A DNA stretch of 41,867 nucleotides from an uncultured Cytophagia bacterium (lineage in GTDB: Bacteria; Zhuqueibacterota; Zhuqueibacteria; Zhuqueibacterales; Zhuqueibacteraceae), in assembly GCA_964395375.1 (NCBI GenBank), contig CAYNDW010000001.1:1-41867 (forward strand), in the 5' to 3' direction. The notes under the pieces were generated by a model. The model was given only the letters and a program-made list of their open reading frames with translations. It ran no database searches and was not told the DNA's origin. Made by a program: the position numbers and the translations under genes. Positions 33,171 through 40,879 of the stretch are shown in pieces. How positions within the stretch are numbered: the first letter of the stretch is position 1; every line of letters starts with the position of its first letter.

Positions 33171-33875
33171 CTAACTTTTAATTTCGTTCATTGCGGCATT
33201 ATAGTCGAGTGGAATGCCAGGCCCCATAGTGCTGGAAATGGTGACACTGCGAAAATATTGTCCCTTGGACGAGGCCGGCTTTAAGCGCATCACCATGTCA
33301 ATAAAACTGCGAATATTCTCACTCAACTGCTTTTCGCTAAATGAAGCTTTGCCGATATTGACGTGCAGGATTCCGCTTTTATCCACACGAAACTCGATCT
33401 TGCCCGCCTTGACTTCGCGTACAGCCTGACCGACATCGAATGTAACCGTGCCGCTTTTCGGATTAGGCATGAGTCCACGCGGGCCCAAAATTTTTCCCAG
33501 CTTTCCAAGATCAGCCATGACATCGGGTGTTGCGATCATGACATCGAAATCAAACCAACCTTCATTAATCTTCTTCAGATATTCGTCAAACCCAACGAAG
33601 TCGGCGCCCGCCTCACGCGCTTCATTTTCTTTTGCGGTTTTGCAAATCACTAAAACGCGAACGACCTTGCCGGTGCCGTGCGGCAACGCCACCGTGCCAC
33701 GCACGACTTGATCCGCATGACGAGGATCCACTCCGAGACGAATTGCCACCTCGACGGATTCATTAAATTTCGCGGTTGCAGTCTTCTTGAGCAAGGCCAC
33801 GGCATCATCAAGAGAGTACTCTACGCCCAGTTGAACCAACTTTGCGACTTCAGTAAAGCGACGGCTTTGATTCAT
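33171..33875 (-). CDS. rplA: 50S ribosomal protein L1
   Basis: ...[34 protein letters not shown]... Confidence 0.97.
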   Translation of the reverse strand: MNQSRRFTEVAKLVQLGVEYSLDDAVALLKKTATAKFNESVEVAIRLGVDPRHADQVVRGTVALPHGTGKVVRVLVICKTAKENEAREAGADFVGFDEYLKKINEGWFDFDVMIATPDVMADLGKLGKILGPRGLMPNPKSGTVTFDVGQAVREVKAGKIEFRVDKSGILHVNIGKASFSEKQLSENIRSFIDMVMRLKPASSKGQYFRSVTISSTMGPGIPLDYNAAMNEIKS

Positions 33876-33912
33876 ATCGACCTTTGCAATCTTTATACAC
33901 TATAAAAATCTT

Positions 33913-34335
33913 TTAGGCAATCTCAACGCCCATACTGCGCGCCGTTCCGGCAACCATACTCATTGCGGCCTCGATATCGTTGGCATTCAAGTCCTCCATT
34001 TTCGCTTGAGCGATTTGACGAACCTGATCAGTCGTAACTTTGCCAACTTTTGTGCGATTCGGCACTCCCGAACCTTTTTCAAGACCCGCAGCTTTTAACA
34101 ATAAAACCGAAGCTGGCGGTGTCTTTAAAATAAAAGTAAAAGACCGATCCGAATAGACCGTGATGATAACGGGAATAACCAAACCTGGACGATCGGAGGT
34201 TTTCGCATTAAAGTTCTTGCAAAATTCCATAATATTCACACCATGCTGACCGAGAGCCGGCCCCACAGGAGGAGAGGGATTGGCTTGCCCACCTGGAATT
34301 TGCAACTTAACCTGAGTAACAACTTTTTTCGCCAT
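33913..34335 (-). CDS. rplK: 50S ribosomal protein L11
   Basis: [40 protein letters not shown]... Confidence 0.97.
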   Translation of the reverse strand: MAKKVVTQVKLQIPGGQANPSPPVGPALGQHGVNIMEFCKNFNAKTSDRPGLVIPVIITVYSDRSFTFILKTPPASVLLLKAAGLEKGSGVPNRTKVGKVTTDQVRQIAQAKMEDLNANDIEAAMSMVAGTARSMGVEIA

Positions 34336-34365
34336 ACCAACCTTTCAAAGCAATAAGGCGTGGAT

Positions 34366-34932
34366 TTATTTTTCAGTTTCTATTTGAAGGAAATCAAGCT
34401 CAACCGGCGTGGAGCGGCCAAAGATACTGACCATAACTTTGGCTTTTTTCTTTTCTTCGTTAATTTCTTCAACGAAGCCCGTGAAATCACGGAACGGACC
34501 GTCAATAACGCGAATGGGATCGCCGACGCTAAAAGGAACTTCAATGACTTCACGCGCACGACTCTCCTGCACCTTCCCAAGGATGCGATCAACCTCTTCC
34601 TGGCGCAAGGATTGGGGTTTATTTTTGGGACCGACGAAATTAGTAATGCCAGGGGTGTTCAACACCAAATGCTGCGTTTCTTTGTTCAATTCCATCTCAA
34701 CCAACATATACCCCGGGAAAAAGGCTTTAGAGCGCACGCGCTTCTTGCCCTCTTTCATCTCGGTTATTTCTTCGGATGGAATCAAAACATTGGCAAGACG
34801 ATCGCCCAATCCTAATGCCCGCGCCTCATTTTCAAGATAGGCCTTTACCTTACGTTCATGCCCAGAAAGAACATGGATCGCATACCATCTTTTGTCACCA
34901 GCTTCTACTTTTTTTTCTTCAACTTCAGTCAC
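34366..34932 (-). CDS. nusG: transcription termination/antitermination factor NusG
   Basis: ...KRWYAIHVLSGHERKVKAYLE... is the NGN domain, and the C-terminal KOW reads GDPIRVIDGPFRDFTGFVEEI... Confidence 0.96.
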   Translation of the reverse strand: MTEVEEKKVEAGDKRWYAIHVLSGHERKVKAYLENEARALGLGDRLANVLIPSEEITEMKEGKKRVRSKAFFPGYMLVEMELNKETQHLVLNTPGITNFVGPKNKPQSLRQEEVDRILGKVQESRAREVIEVPFSVGDPIRVIDGPFRDFTGFVEEINEEKKKAKVMVSIFGRSTPVELDFLQIETEK

Positions 34933-34958
34933 TTAATTTTTCCAGAATGTGCGACGAA

Positions 34959-35165
34959 CTATCCAATGAGGTAAGAAAAAAGAAACTTGACCGCCGAAGA
35001 CAAAAGGCGATCAACCGAAAAGGCAAAAACCGCAAATACCAACCCGACGATAATTACGACCAACGTAGAATCTTTTAATTCTTCGCGGGTCGGCCAACTC
35101 ACTTTCGTCATTTCGTTTCGAACGTCTCGAATAAACGTTCGAACCTTTTCGACAATCACCTTCAT
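34959..35165 (-). CDS. secE: preprotein translocase subunit SecE
   Basis: 68 aa, ...VRNEMTKVSWPTREEL... followed by a single TM helix. It lies immediately upstream of nusG. Confidence 0.93.
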   Translation of the reverse strand: MKVIVEKVRTFIRDVRNEMTKVSWPTREELKDSTLVVIIVGLVFAVFAFSVDRLLSSAVKFLFSYLIG

Positions 35166-35193
35166 CGAGATTTCCTAAATGTTTTACAATAAG

Positions 35194-35267
35194 CAGGCCT
35201 GGAGGGAATCGAACCCCCAGCCTTCGGTTTTGGAGACCGACGCTCTAGCCAGTTGAGCTACAGGCCT
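35194..35267 (-). tRNA. trnW: tRNA-Trp (anticodon CCA)
   Basis: Hand-folded cloverleaf. The acceptor pairs AGGCCTG with CAGGCCT, the anticodon arm reads TCGGT-CTCCAAA-ACCGA, and the T-loop is GTTCGATTC. No 3' CCA is encoded. Ends are accurate to about 2 nt. Confidence 0.9.
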
Positions 35268-35275
35268 ACACAAAA

Positions 35276-35425
35276 CTAACGTGTTTCTTTGTGCGTTGTG
35301 TGTTTGGCGCAAAAACGACAAAACTTCTTAAATTCGACTCGACCAGTATGTTTTTTTTTATTTTTTGTGGTCGAATAATTTCGGCGTTTGCAATCGCCAC
35401 ATTCAAGCGTAATAATTTCTCTCAC
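35276..35425 (-). CDS. rpmG: 50S ribosomal protein L33 (zinc-binding form)
   Basis: Below the ORF-track cutoff. Manual translation from GTG 35425, 6 nt after GAGGA, gives [49 protein letters not shown] (49 aa). Confidence 0.92.
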   Translation of the reverse strand: MREIITLECGDCKRRNYSTTKNKKKHTGRVEFKKFCRFCAKHTTHKETR

Positions 35426-35469
35426 TTTACGTCCTCAAAATTGAGTTATTAACCCAAATTCGCTTGCAG

Positions 35470-35542
<73 letters not shown>

Positions 35543-35553
35543 AAATAATCTTG

Positions 35554-35626
35554 AGCGGGAGACGGGACTTGAACCCGCGACCAACAGCTTGGAAGGCTGT
35601 GACTCTACCACCTGAGTTACTCCCGC
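35554..35626 (-). tRNA. trnG: tRNA-Gly (anticodon TCC)
   Basis: The acceptor pairs GCGGGAG with CTCCCGC, and the anticodon arm reads ACAGC-CTTCCAA-GCTGT. No CCA is encoded. Confidence 0.9.
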
Positions 35627-35663
35627 ACAACCCGCTTCTGCCAAAAAATCAAAAATTAACTTG

Positions 35664-35745
35664 TGGAGAGGGAAGGATTCGAACCTCCGAAGGCGGAGCC
35701 AGCAGATTTACAGTCTGCCCCATTTGGCCACTCTGGAACCTCTCC
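35664..35745 (-). tRNA. trnY: tRNA-Tyr (anticodon GTA), long variable arm
   Basis: The acceptor pairs GGAGAGG with CCTCTCC, and the anticodon arm reads GCAGA-CTGTAAA-TCTGC. It has a class II variable arm. No CCA is encoded. Confidence 0.88.
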
Positions 35746-35810
35746 GTCGTGCATAGCTAGTTACAAAGCGCAAGTTTATCATCTTGTTTTTGCTCTTTGT
35801 CCATGCCATG

Positions 35811-35883
35811 AGCCACCAGCAGGAATCGAACCCGCGACTTCCTCATTACAAGTGAGGCGCTCTACCTTCTGAGCTATGGTGGC
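35811..35883 (-). tRNA. trnT: tRNA-Thr (anticodon TGT)
   Basis: The acceptor pairs GCCACCA with TGGTGGC, and the anticodon arm reads CCTCA-CTTGTAA-TGAGG. No CCA is encoded. Confidence 0.9.
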
Positions 35884-35975
35884 CTAAAGAAACCTATCTT
35901 CGGAATGCCGAATTGTTAACCAAAGTAGCGAAATTCTTGCCTATAAAATAGCAGATGTCTCGAAAACAGCTTCCT

Positions 35976-36003
35976 AAGATAGAAAATAGGATGAATTTGT
36001 CAA
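35976..36003 (-). promoter_or_regulatory. candidate sigma70 promoter for the tRNA array
   Basis: The minus strand reads TTGACA (36003-35998), a 16-nt spacer, then TATCTT (35981-35976), about 90 nt upstream of the first tRNA. Confidence 0.35.
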
Positions 36004-36159
36004 GAAATATTTTTGCCACAACGGGGGGGCGGGGGAAGCGTGCGCTTAACTTCTTCTCAACAAGAAGCGTCACGTAGAGCCTTGGCAACGGCTTGTGTTA
36101 CGAATATGTTCTATGATCAAATTAAATTTCTTTAAAAGAAAAGCATTAGATCAACTGAA

Positions 36160-37695
36160 CTATTTCCTCACGAGTAGCCCCACCACTTCGCAATGCGCCG
36201 TGTGCGGGAACATATCTAGAGGCTGCACTTTCTCCAGATTATAGTCTTGCCAGCAAAGCACTTTTACATCGCGCGCAAACGTGGCGGGATTGCACGAAAC
36301 ATAGACGATGCGTTGCGGCGCAAGCTCCATCATCTTGAGTAAAACTTTCGGATGCATACCGGCACGTGGCGGATCTACAATAATCACCTCCGGACGGCCC
36401 CAGCGTTGGACTAAATCCGGCACGCGCGCGATCTCGTCTTTTAAATCGCCGCGAACGAAATGGCAATTGTCGATGTGATTCAAACTGCAATTCGTCGCGG
36501 CGTCGCGAATAGCTTCCGGCACGATTTCAAAGCCGACGACTTGCCGAGCCTGTTTCGCGATGAAGATCGCGATCGTGCCTGCGCCGCAATAGAGATCGTA
36601 AACGTTTTCTGCGCCGGTCAATGCCGCGAACTCGCGTGCAACGGTATAAAGTTGTTCCGCACCGAGCGTGTTTGTTTGAAAAAAAGAATTGGCGGAGATC
36701 TGAAACGTGCAATCGCCAATTTGTTCGCGCAAATAGCCTGGGCCGTGTAAAACAACTTCTTCTTCTCCAAACGCAATCTGCGCTTTGCTGCGATTGATAA
36801 TGTGAACGACCGTGGTGATCGCGGAAAATTGCTGCACGAGCGTCGCGCTCAGTTCGCCCACTGCGGCTCTGCCTTCCGGAGCTTCCGCGGTGACGAAGTT
36901 AAGCATAAACTCGCCGGTGCGCTTGCCTTCACGCATGACGAGGAAACGCCAAAAGCCGGTGTGGTCGCGGGTGGTATAAGGCAAGAGTGAAGAGTTCTTC
37001 GCGAACGTGCGCACGGCCGCGAGTATGTCATTGCTCATCTCCGAAAACAAATAGCACGCGCGAATGTCCAGCGTCTTGTCGAAGCTATTGCGCGCATGCA
37101 AGCCCAAGGCAAAGTTGCGCTCGGCAATGTTTTGCGCGTCGGCAATCTCCGCGCGCGTAAGCCAGCGTTGTCGCGCGAACGAAAATTCCATCTTATTGCG
37201 ATAAAAAAATTGCTGCGGCGAGCCGAGCACGGCAGCGACCGGCGGTTGCGCAATGCCGCCGAGATGAGTGAGCACTTCTGCAATTTGTTGCTGCTTGGCT
37301 GCGAGTTGTTTTTCGTACTGATAATCTTGCAGCGAACAGCCGCCGCAATTATGGAAATGCGAACAGCGCGGCGGAACATAGTCTAGCGATTGCCGCAGAA
37401 CTTCTAAAGGACGAGCTTCAGCATAATCGCGTTTCTTTTTGGTGAGAAGAGCGCGCACACGCTGGCCGGGCAAGGCTTGTTCAACGAAGACCACGTACCC
37501 ATTCAGCCGAGCCAATCCCTTTGCGCCAAAAGCGAGCGACTCGATTTCAAGCTCGACTTCGGAGCCTTTTTTTAATAAAGAGGTCATGCGTAAAGGAAGG
37601 TCACAGAGTTTCGGTGAGAAAATTTCGGGTCGCGCTTTCGACTGTTCAAGTGCCCCCCGAATGCTCTCCTCATAAATGATTCTTTTGAATGTCAT
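36160..37695 (-). CDS. rlmD: 23S rRNA (uracil-5-)-methyltransferase, RlmD/RumA family (TRAM + 4Fe-4S Cys cluster + SAM MTase)
   Basis: It has a TRAM-like segment GSEVELEIESLAFGAKGLARLNGYVVFVEQALPGQRV and the Cys cluster PPRCSHFHNCGGCSLQ. The MTase motifs are FFQTN, DLYCGAGTI, VDPPRAG and the catalytic YVSCNPAT. The start is uncertain: ATG 37695 follows AGGAGGAAGG, and the alternatives are 37779 and 37587. Confidence 0.85.
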   Translation of the reverse strand: MTFKRIIYEESIRGALEQSKARPEIFSPKLCDLPLRMTSLLKKGSEVELEIESLAFGAKGLARLNGYVVFVEQALPGQRVRALLTKKKRDYAEARPLEVLRQSLDYVPPRCSHFHNCGGCSLQDYQYEKQLAAKQQQIAEVLTHLGGIAQPPVAAVLGSPQQFFYRNKMEFSFARQRWLTRAEIADAQNIAERNFALGLHARNSFDKTLDIRACYLFSEMSNDILAAVRTFAKNSSLLPYTTRDHTGFWRFLVMREGKRTGEFMLNFVTAEAPEGRAAVGELSATLVQQFSAITTVVHIINRSKAQIAFGEEEVVLHGPGYLREQIGDCTFQISANSFFQTNTLGAEQLYTVAREFAALTGAENVYDLYCGAGTIAIFIAKQARQVVGFEIVPEAIRDAATNCSLNHIDNCHFVRGDLKDEIARVPDLVQRWGRPEVIIVDPPRAGMHPKVLLKMMELAPQRIVYVSCNPATFARDVKVLCWQDYNLEKVQPLDMFPHTAHCEVVGLLVRK

Positions 37696-37820
37696 TCTGT
37701 AAAAACCTTCCTCCTGCTCGGTACTCAATCTGTTTTGAACGTTATGCCAAACGCGAGGGAGAGTTCCTACAAAATGCAACTCAAGATTTTTTATTTAGAC
37801 GACCGCTGGAAAAAGTTGCT

Positions 37821-39017
37821 TCACACCGCCAGCTTCGTGATCTCCGTTTGCATCGGCGTGTGAATCTCTGGGCCGTTTGCGCCGATGTAAACGTTGATCT
37901 CGCTGCGTGTGCCGAACTCTTCCAAATAAACGCCGGGTTCAATCGAGAAGGCGATGCCGGGCGTGAGCAGGCGTGTGTCGCGGGTTTCGTAGCTGTCGAT
38001 ATTCACCCCGTTGTCATGCGTGAGCATGCCGAGGCTGTGGCCCGTGCGATGAAAAAAGCATTTGCCAAAACCGGCGTCGGTAATATACCGCCGCACGGCT
38101 TCATCGATGCGATAGCCTTGCAGCGGCTGACCGGCTTTCGCATGCTCTTGAATCACGCGCACGCCCGTGTCGCGCGCGCCGGTGACGACGTTGAACACCT
38201 CTTGCACGCGCGAGGGCACGTTTGTGCCGGCATAGCCCATCCATGTGATATCCGCGAACACAGCACCGGGCGTTTTCTGCTTCGCCCAAAGATCAATGAG
38301 AATCACGTCGCCTTTTTTGATCGGGCTATGCTTTTGCGCGGTCGGTGCGTAGTGCGGATTGCTCGCATTGGCATTCACCGCAACAATCGGCGAAGCATCG
38401 CTCATACAATTGCCCGCGGCGATTTTTTCCAAAATAAAACTCTGCACTTCATATTCGTTGATCGGCTGGTGGGCTTGCAGTCTTTTTTCGATCAAGCGAA
38501 ACGCTTCGCTTTGCGCTTCATGTAAAACTTTGGCCGCGGCAATGTGGGTTTGCAATTGCTCTGCGTTCCAGCGCGCTTGGAACTCTTGAATTAACTGCGC
38601 CGAAGTAACCACATTCACGCCGAGCGAGCGCAACAATTCAATCGTGCCGGCATCGACATACGAGACCGTGGGCACGTCATTCATCGGGGAGTATTCCATC
38701 GCCACCGTGATGCCCGAGGGCAGCAACGCGCGCAAGTTCGCCGTCATCTCTTGCAAGCCGGCATAATATTGTTTGCGGCCGGGCATGGGCGGATAATTCG
38801 TCTGCTCGATTTTGTGCGCGAGCAAAGTGGCTTCGCCCTGCGCGGGGATAAAATAATACCACCGCCGCGTGACATGATATTTATCCGGCGGCACCAACTC
38901 ACGCGCGATGGCATTGATGCCATGAAAATCATAGATCAACCATCCGCCTAATTTTTCACGTTGTAAAACTTGTTGTATTTCGGGCAGAGCGTTCAAGAGA
39001 CCGGACGACGTGGACAT
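37821..39017 (-). CDS. M24 family metallopeptidase (Xaa-Pro aminopeptidase-like)
   Basis: The pita-bread metal-ligand pattern is present: ...VILIDLWAK...FADITWMGY...HRTGHSLG...FSIEPGVY...EINVYI. I place the start at ATG 39017, 8 nt after GGAGGAG. The ORF-track start at 39098 would overlap the upstream gene by 49 nt. Confidence 0.85.
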   Translation of the reverse strand: MSTSSGLLNALPEIQQVLQREKLGGWLIYDFHGINAIARELVPPDKYHVTRRWYYFIPAQGEATLLAHKIEQTNYPPMPGRKQYYAGLQEMTANLRALLPSGITVAMEYSPMNDVPTVSYVDAGTIELLRSLGVNVVTSAQLIQEFQARWNAEQLQTHIAAAKVLHEAQSEAFRLIEKRLQAHQPINEYEVQSFILEKIAAGNCMSDASPIVAVNANASNPHYAPTAQKHSPIKKGDVILIDLWAKQKTPGAVFADITWMGYAGTNVPSRVQEVFNVVTGARDTGVRVIQEHAKAGQPLQGYRIDEAVRRYITDAGFGKCFFHRTGHSLGMLTHDNGVNIDSYETRDTRLLTPGIAFSIEPGVYLEEFGTRSEINVYIGANGPEIHTPMQTEITKLAV

Positions 39018-39049
39018 AAACGGATCTCCTCCAGTTTGGGGACGAGCAT

Positions 39050-40324
39050 TCAAACAACTTCTGGCACTGTGGTCGAACCTTGGGGAATGAGATAACAAAG
39101 TTTGCTTGCGCCGAGCGCGGACTGCGCAATTTGTAACGCCACGCGCAGGGAGGCCGCGGGGGTGAAGCCCAAACCATTCACGGTTTTTTCATTCAGGTTG
39201 GTGACTGCGACGATGCGATAGTCGCGCGCTTTTTGTCTGGTGGAAAGCGCCCAAACTATTTCGGGAGGATAATGCCCAAGTTCCCGCGGTGCGCTCACGC
39301 GCAAAACTTCCGCGCTGTTCGCGGGAAGCAGATGCGGCGAGCCGAGGCCTTTCGCGCATTCTGCTGTAAAAATTATAGTGCCGCCGGGATTCGTGACGCG
39401 ACACGCATGGTGTAGCGCCCGATGTGCTTCAAAAAAATTGCGATCATGTGGATGGCCGCCGCAACTTACAATAGTCACGTCCGCCATTTGCGCTACGGGC
39501 ACGCGATAAATATCATCGACCATATGACAGCCCGCGGCATGCGCCTGCAACGGCTCGCCCGCCACCGCGCTCACGACTTGATTGCGATCATTCAATACCG
39601 TGTGCAAAAGAAAATTAAACGAGAGCAAACGAAACGCTTCCCGCATGTCTTCTTGCACGGGATTGCCGGTGAGCACGCCGTCATAGCAGCGCGGATGCAC
39701 ACGGCCCGGGGCAAGATCGCACGCCAGCAAGAGATTGCGCTCCAGCGTTTCACGGCCGGAGCAAGCAGAGACGATTAACTCCGGACCGCCGCGATAGCCG
39801 GCAAAAGAATGATATCCGCTCGTGCCGCAAATGATCACGTATTCCGCATCCACGAGCAGACGATTCACCAATACCGGCGTGCCGCGCTTCGTCTCGCCGG
39901 CGTATTCCAATGACTTGGCCTCGTTGGGGTCATGATAAACCACGCGCGGAAAACCCTCGCGATCTTTTTCCGCTTCAATTAAATGCGGCACGCCATTGCG
40001 CCGAGCACCCCACACGCTCGCTACGAGAATCGTTACCTCGCGCATCGATACGCCCAACGCCTTCAAACGCCGCAACAACAGCGGCAAATAATAAGCGCCG
40101 CCTGTGTCATGAACTTCATCGGGCACGAGCAGAAGGATGTGGCCCGCTTTTTTGAAAAGTTGTGGGAACGGAAAGCAGCCAATCGGCTGATCCAAAGCCT
40201 GATTAATGATTTCTTCAGGCCTCTGCAGCGTGGCGATGCGCTTGGTTTTCAGCTCGGTGATTTGTCGTGGCGGGCGAAACTCTGCCTCCACGAAGCCCAA
40301 GCCGTATTGTAATTTTAGAATCAT
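39050..40324 (-). CDS. LarA-fold (DUF2088 / lactate racemase-like) protein, divergent
   Basis: The 424-aa protein has the overall LarA layout: MILKLQYG...PIG...LLLVPD...ILVAS...RGTPVLVN...DAEYVIICGTSGYHSFAGYRGG...GVLTGNPVQEDMREA...VSCGGHPHDRNFFEAHRAL...PGGTIIFTAECAKGLG. Confidence 0.7.
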   Translation of the reverse strand: MILKLQYGLGFVEAEFRPPRQITELKTKRIATLQRPEEIINQALDQPIGCFPFPQLFKKAGHILLLVPDEVHDTGGAYYLPLLLRRLKALGVSMREVTILVASVWGARRNGVPHLIEAEKDREGFPRVVYHDPNEAKSLEYAGETKRGTPVLVNRLLVDAEYVIICGTSGYHSFAGYRGGPELIVSACSGRETLERNLLLACDLAPGRVHPRCYDGVLTGNPVQEDMREAFRLLSFNFLLHTVLNDRNQVVSAVAGEPLQAHAAGCHMVDDIYRVPVAQMADVTIVSCGGHPHDRNFFEAHRALHHACRVTNPGGTIIFTAECAKGLGSPHLLPANSAEVLRVSAPRELGHYPPEIVWALSTRQKARDYRIVAVTNLNEKTVNGLGFTPAASLRVALQIAQSALGASKLCYLIPQGSTTVPEVV

Positions 40325-40555
40325 GTGCGGATAAAATCATCTGTGGGGGAGCAAGTCGCGACTTTTTAACGCGCGCGAAAGTATCAGAATTTGGTTACAA
40401 TGTCAATGCTTTTGCCGGAGGTACGGGCCACTTTGTGTCAAAAATTTTTAATCCGCACTTGAAAATGTCCGCTTACGAGACTGTGCCGCGAACACTGTTT
40501 TGCCGTGAGACATTTTTTTAAACTTTTTCGCCAACTGCGCTTTCGCGACAAACTA

Positions 40556-40714
40556 ATGAACTTTTTGAAGTTTAAGGCAAGCGGCGCCGGCTGCAAAGAA
40601 GCATTTATGCCGTTGGCATATCATCTGCAAAAGGGAAAAACGTGCGGCGATGAAATAAAAAACTGCACGACTCAAATTTCGGCTACCCCATCATCCATAT
40701 ACTTCCATCCTTAA
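40556..40714 (+). CDS. hypothetical small ORF (52 aa from ATG 40556; 69 aa from GTG 40505); coding status doubtful
   Basis: MNFLKFKASGAGCKEAFMPLAYHLQKGKTCGDEIKNCTTQISATPSSIYFHP. No convincing SD is present. It is the only sizeable + ORF in the terminated + strand unit upstream of the radical SAM gene. Confidence 0.2.
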   Translation: MNFLKFKASGAGCKEAFMPLAYHLQKGKTCGDEIKNCTTQISATPSSIYFHP

Positions 40715-40733
40715 AAAACTAGCTTTTTTAAGG
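40709..40733 (+). repeat. perfect 10-bp inverted repeat overlapping the small-ORF stop
   Basis: CCTTAAAAAA (40709-40718), loop CTAGC, then TTTTTTAAGG (40724-40733). Confidence 0.6.
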
Positions 40734-40751
40734 ACACCTACCCCAAAGAAG

Positions 40752-40789
40752 AGGGACATGGTATCGCGCACCATGTCCCTTATTTTTTT
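40752..40789 (+). terminator. strong Rho-independent terminator on the + strand
   Basis: AGGGACATGGT (40752-40762), loop ATCGCGC, ACCATGTCCCT (40770-40780), then TATTTTTTT. This is an 11-bp perfect stem. The minus-strand reading lacks a comparable U-tract. Confidence 0.75.
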
Positions 40790-40804
40790 CTACGAAATCC
40801 TTCC

Positions 40805-40833
40805 TTGCCTTTTGAAACACGGTTCGATACTTT
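40805..40833 (+). promoter_or_regulatory. candidate promoter for the radical SAM gene
   Basis: TTGCCT (40805-40810), a 17-nt spacer, then TACTTT (40828-40833), about 45 nt upstream of ATG 40880. Confidence 0.25.
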
Positions 40834-40879
40834 GCCGCCGCCTTGTTCGCTCCCAACATCACTAAGACCTCGCGGCCAC

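Noticed and set aside
36023-36035. G7-C-G5 run, considered as a G-quadruplex or slippage tract
   Set aside because: It has only two G-runs and is intergenic between rlmD and the tRNA promoter. No functional inference can be supported.
35894-36088. 64-aa minus-strand ORF upstream of the tRNA array
   Set aside because: It has no SD and no recognisable family. The region holds a TTGACA-N16-TATCTT promoter candidate for the tRNA operon, so it is more likely non-coding.
40410-40432. GGAGGTACGGGCCACT resembles fragments of the T-box motif (GGTGGTACCGCG) and the cobalamin-riboswitch GCCACTG box
   Set aside because: These are only partial string matches. The rest of either consensus is absent (specifier and AGAGA elements, GGTGAAAATCC-type core). 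The match also lies about 340 nt upstream of the terminator, the wrong geometry for an antiterminator.
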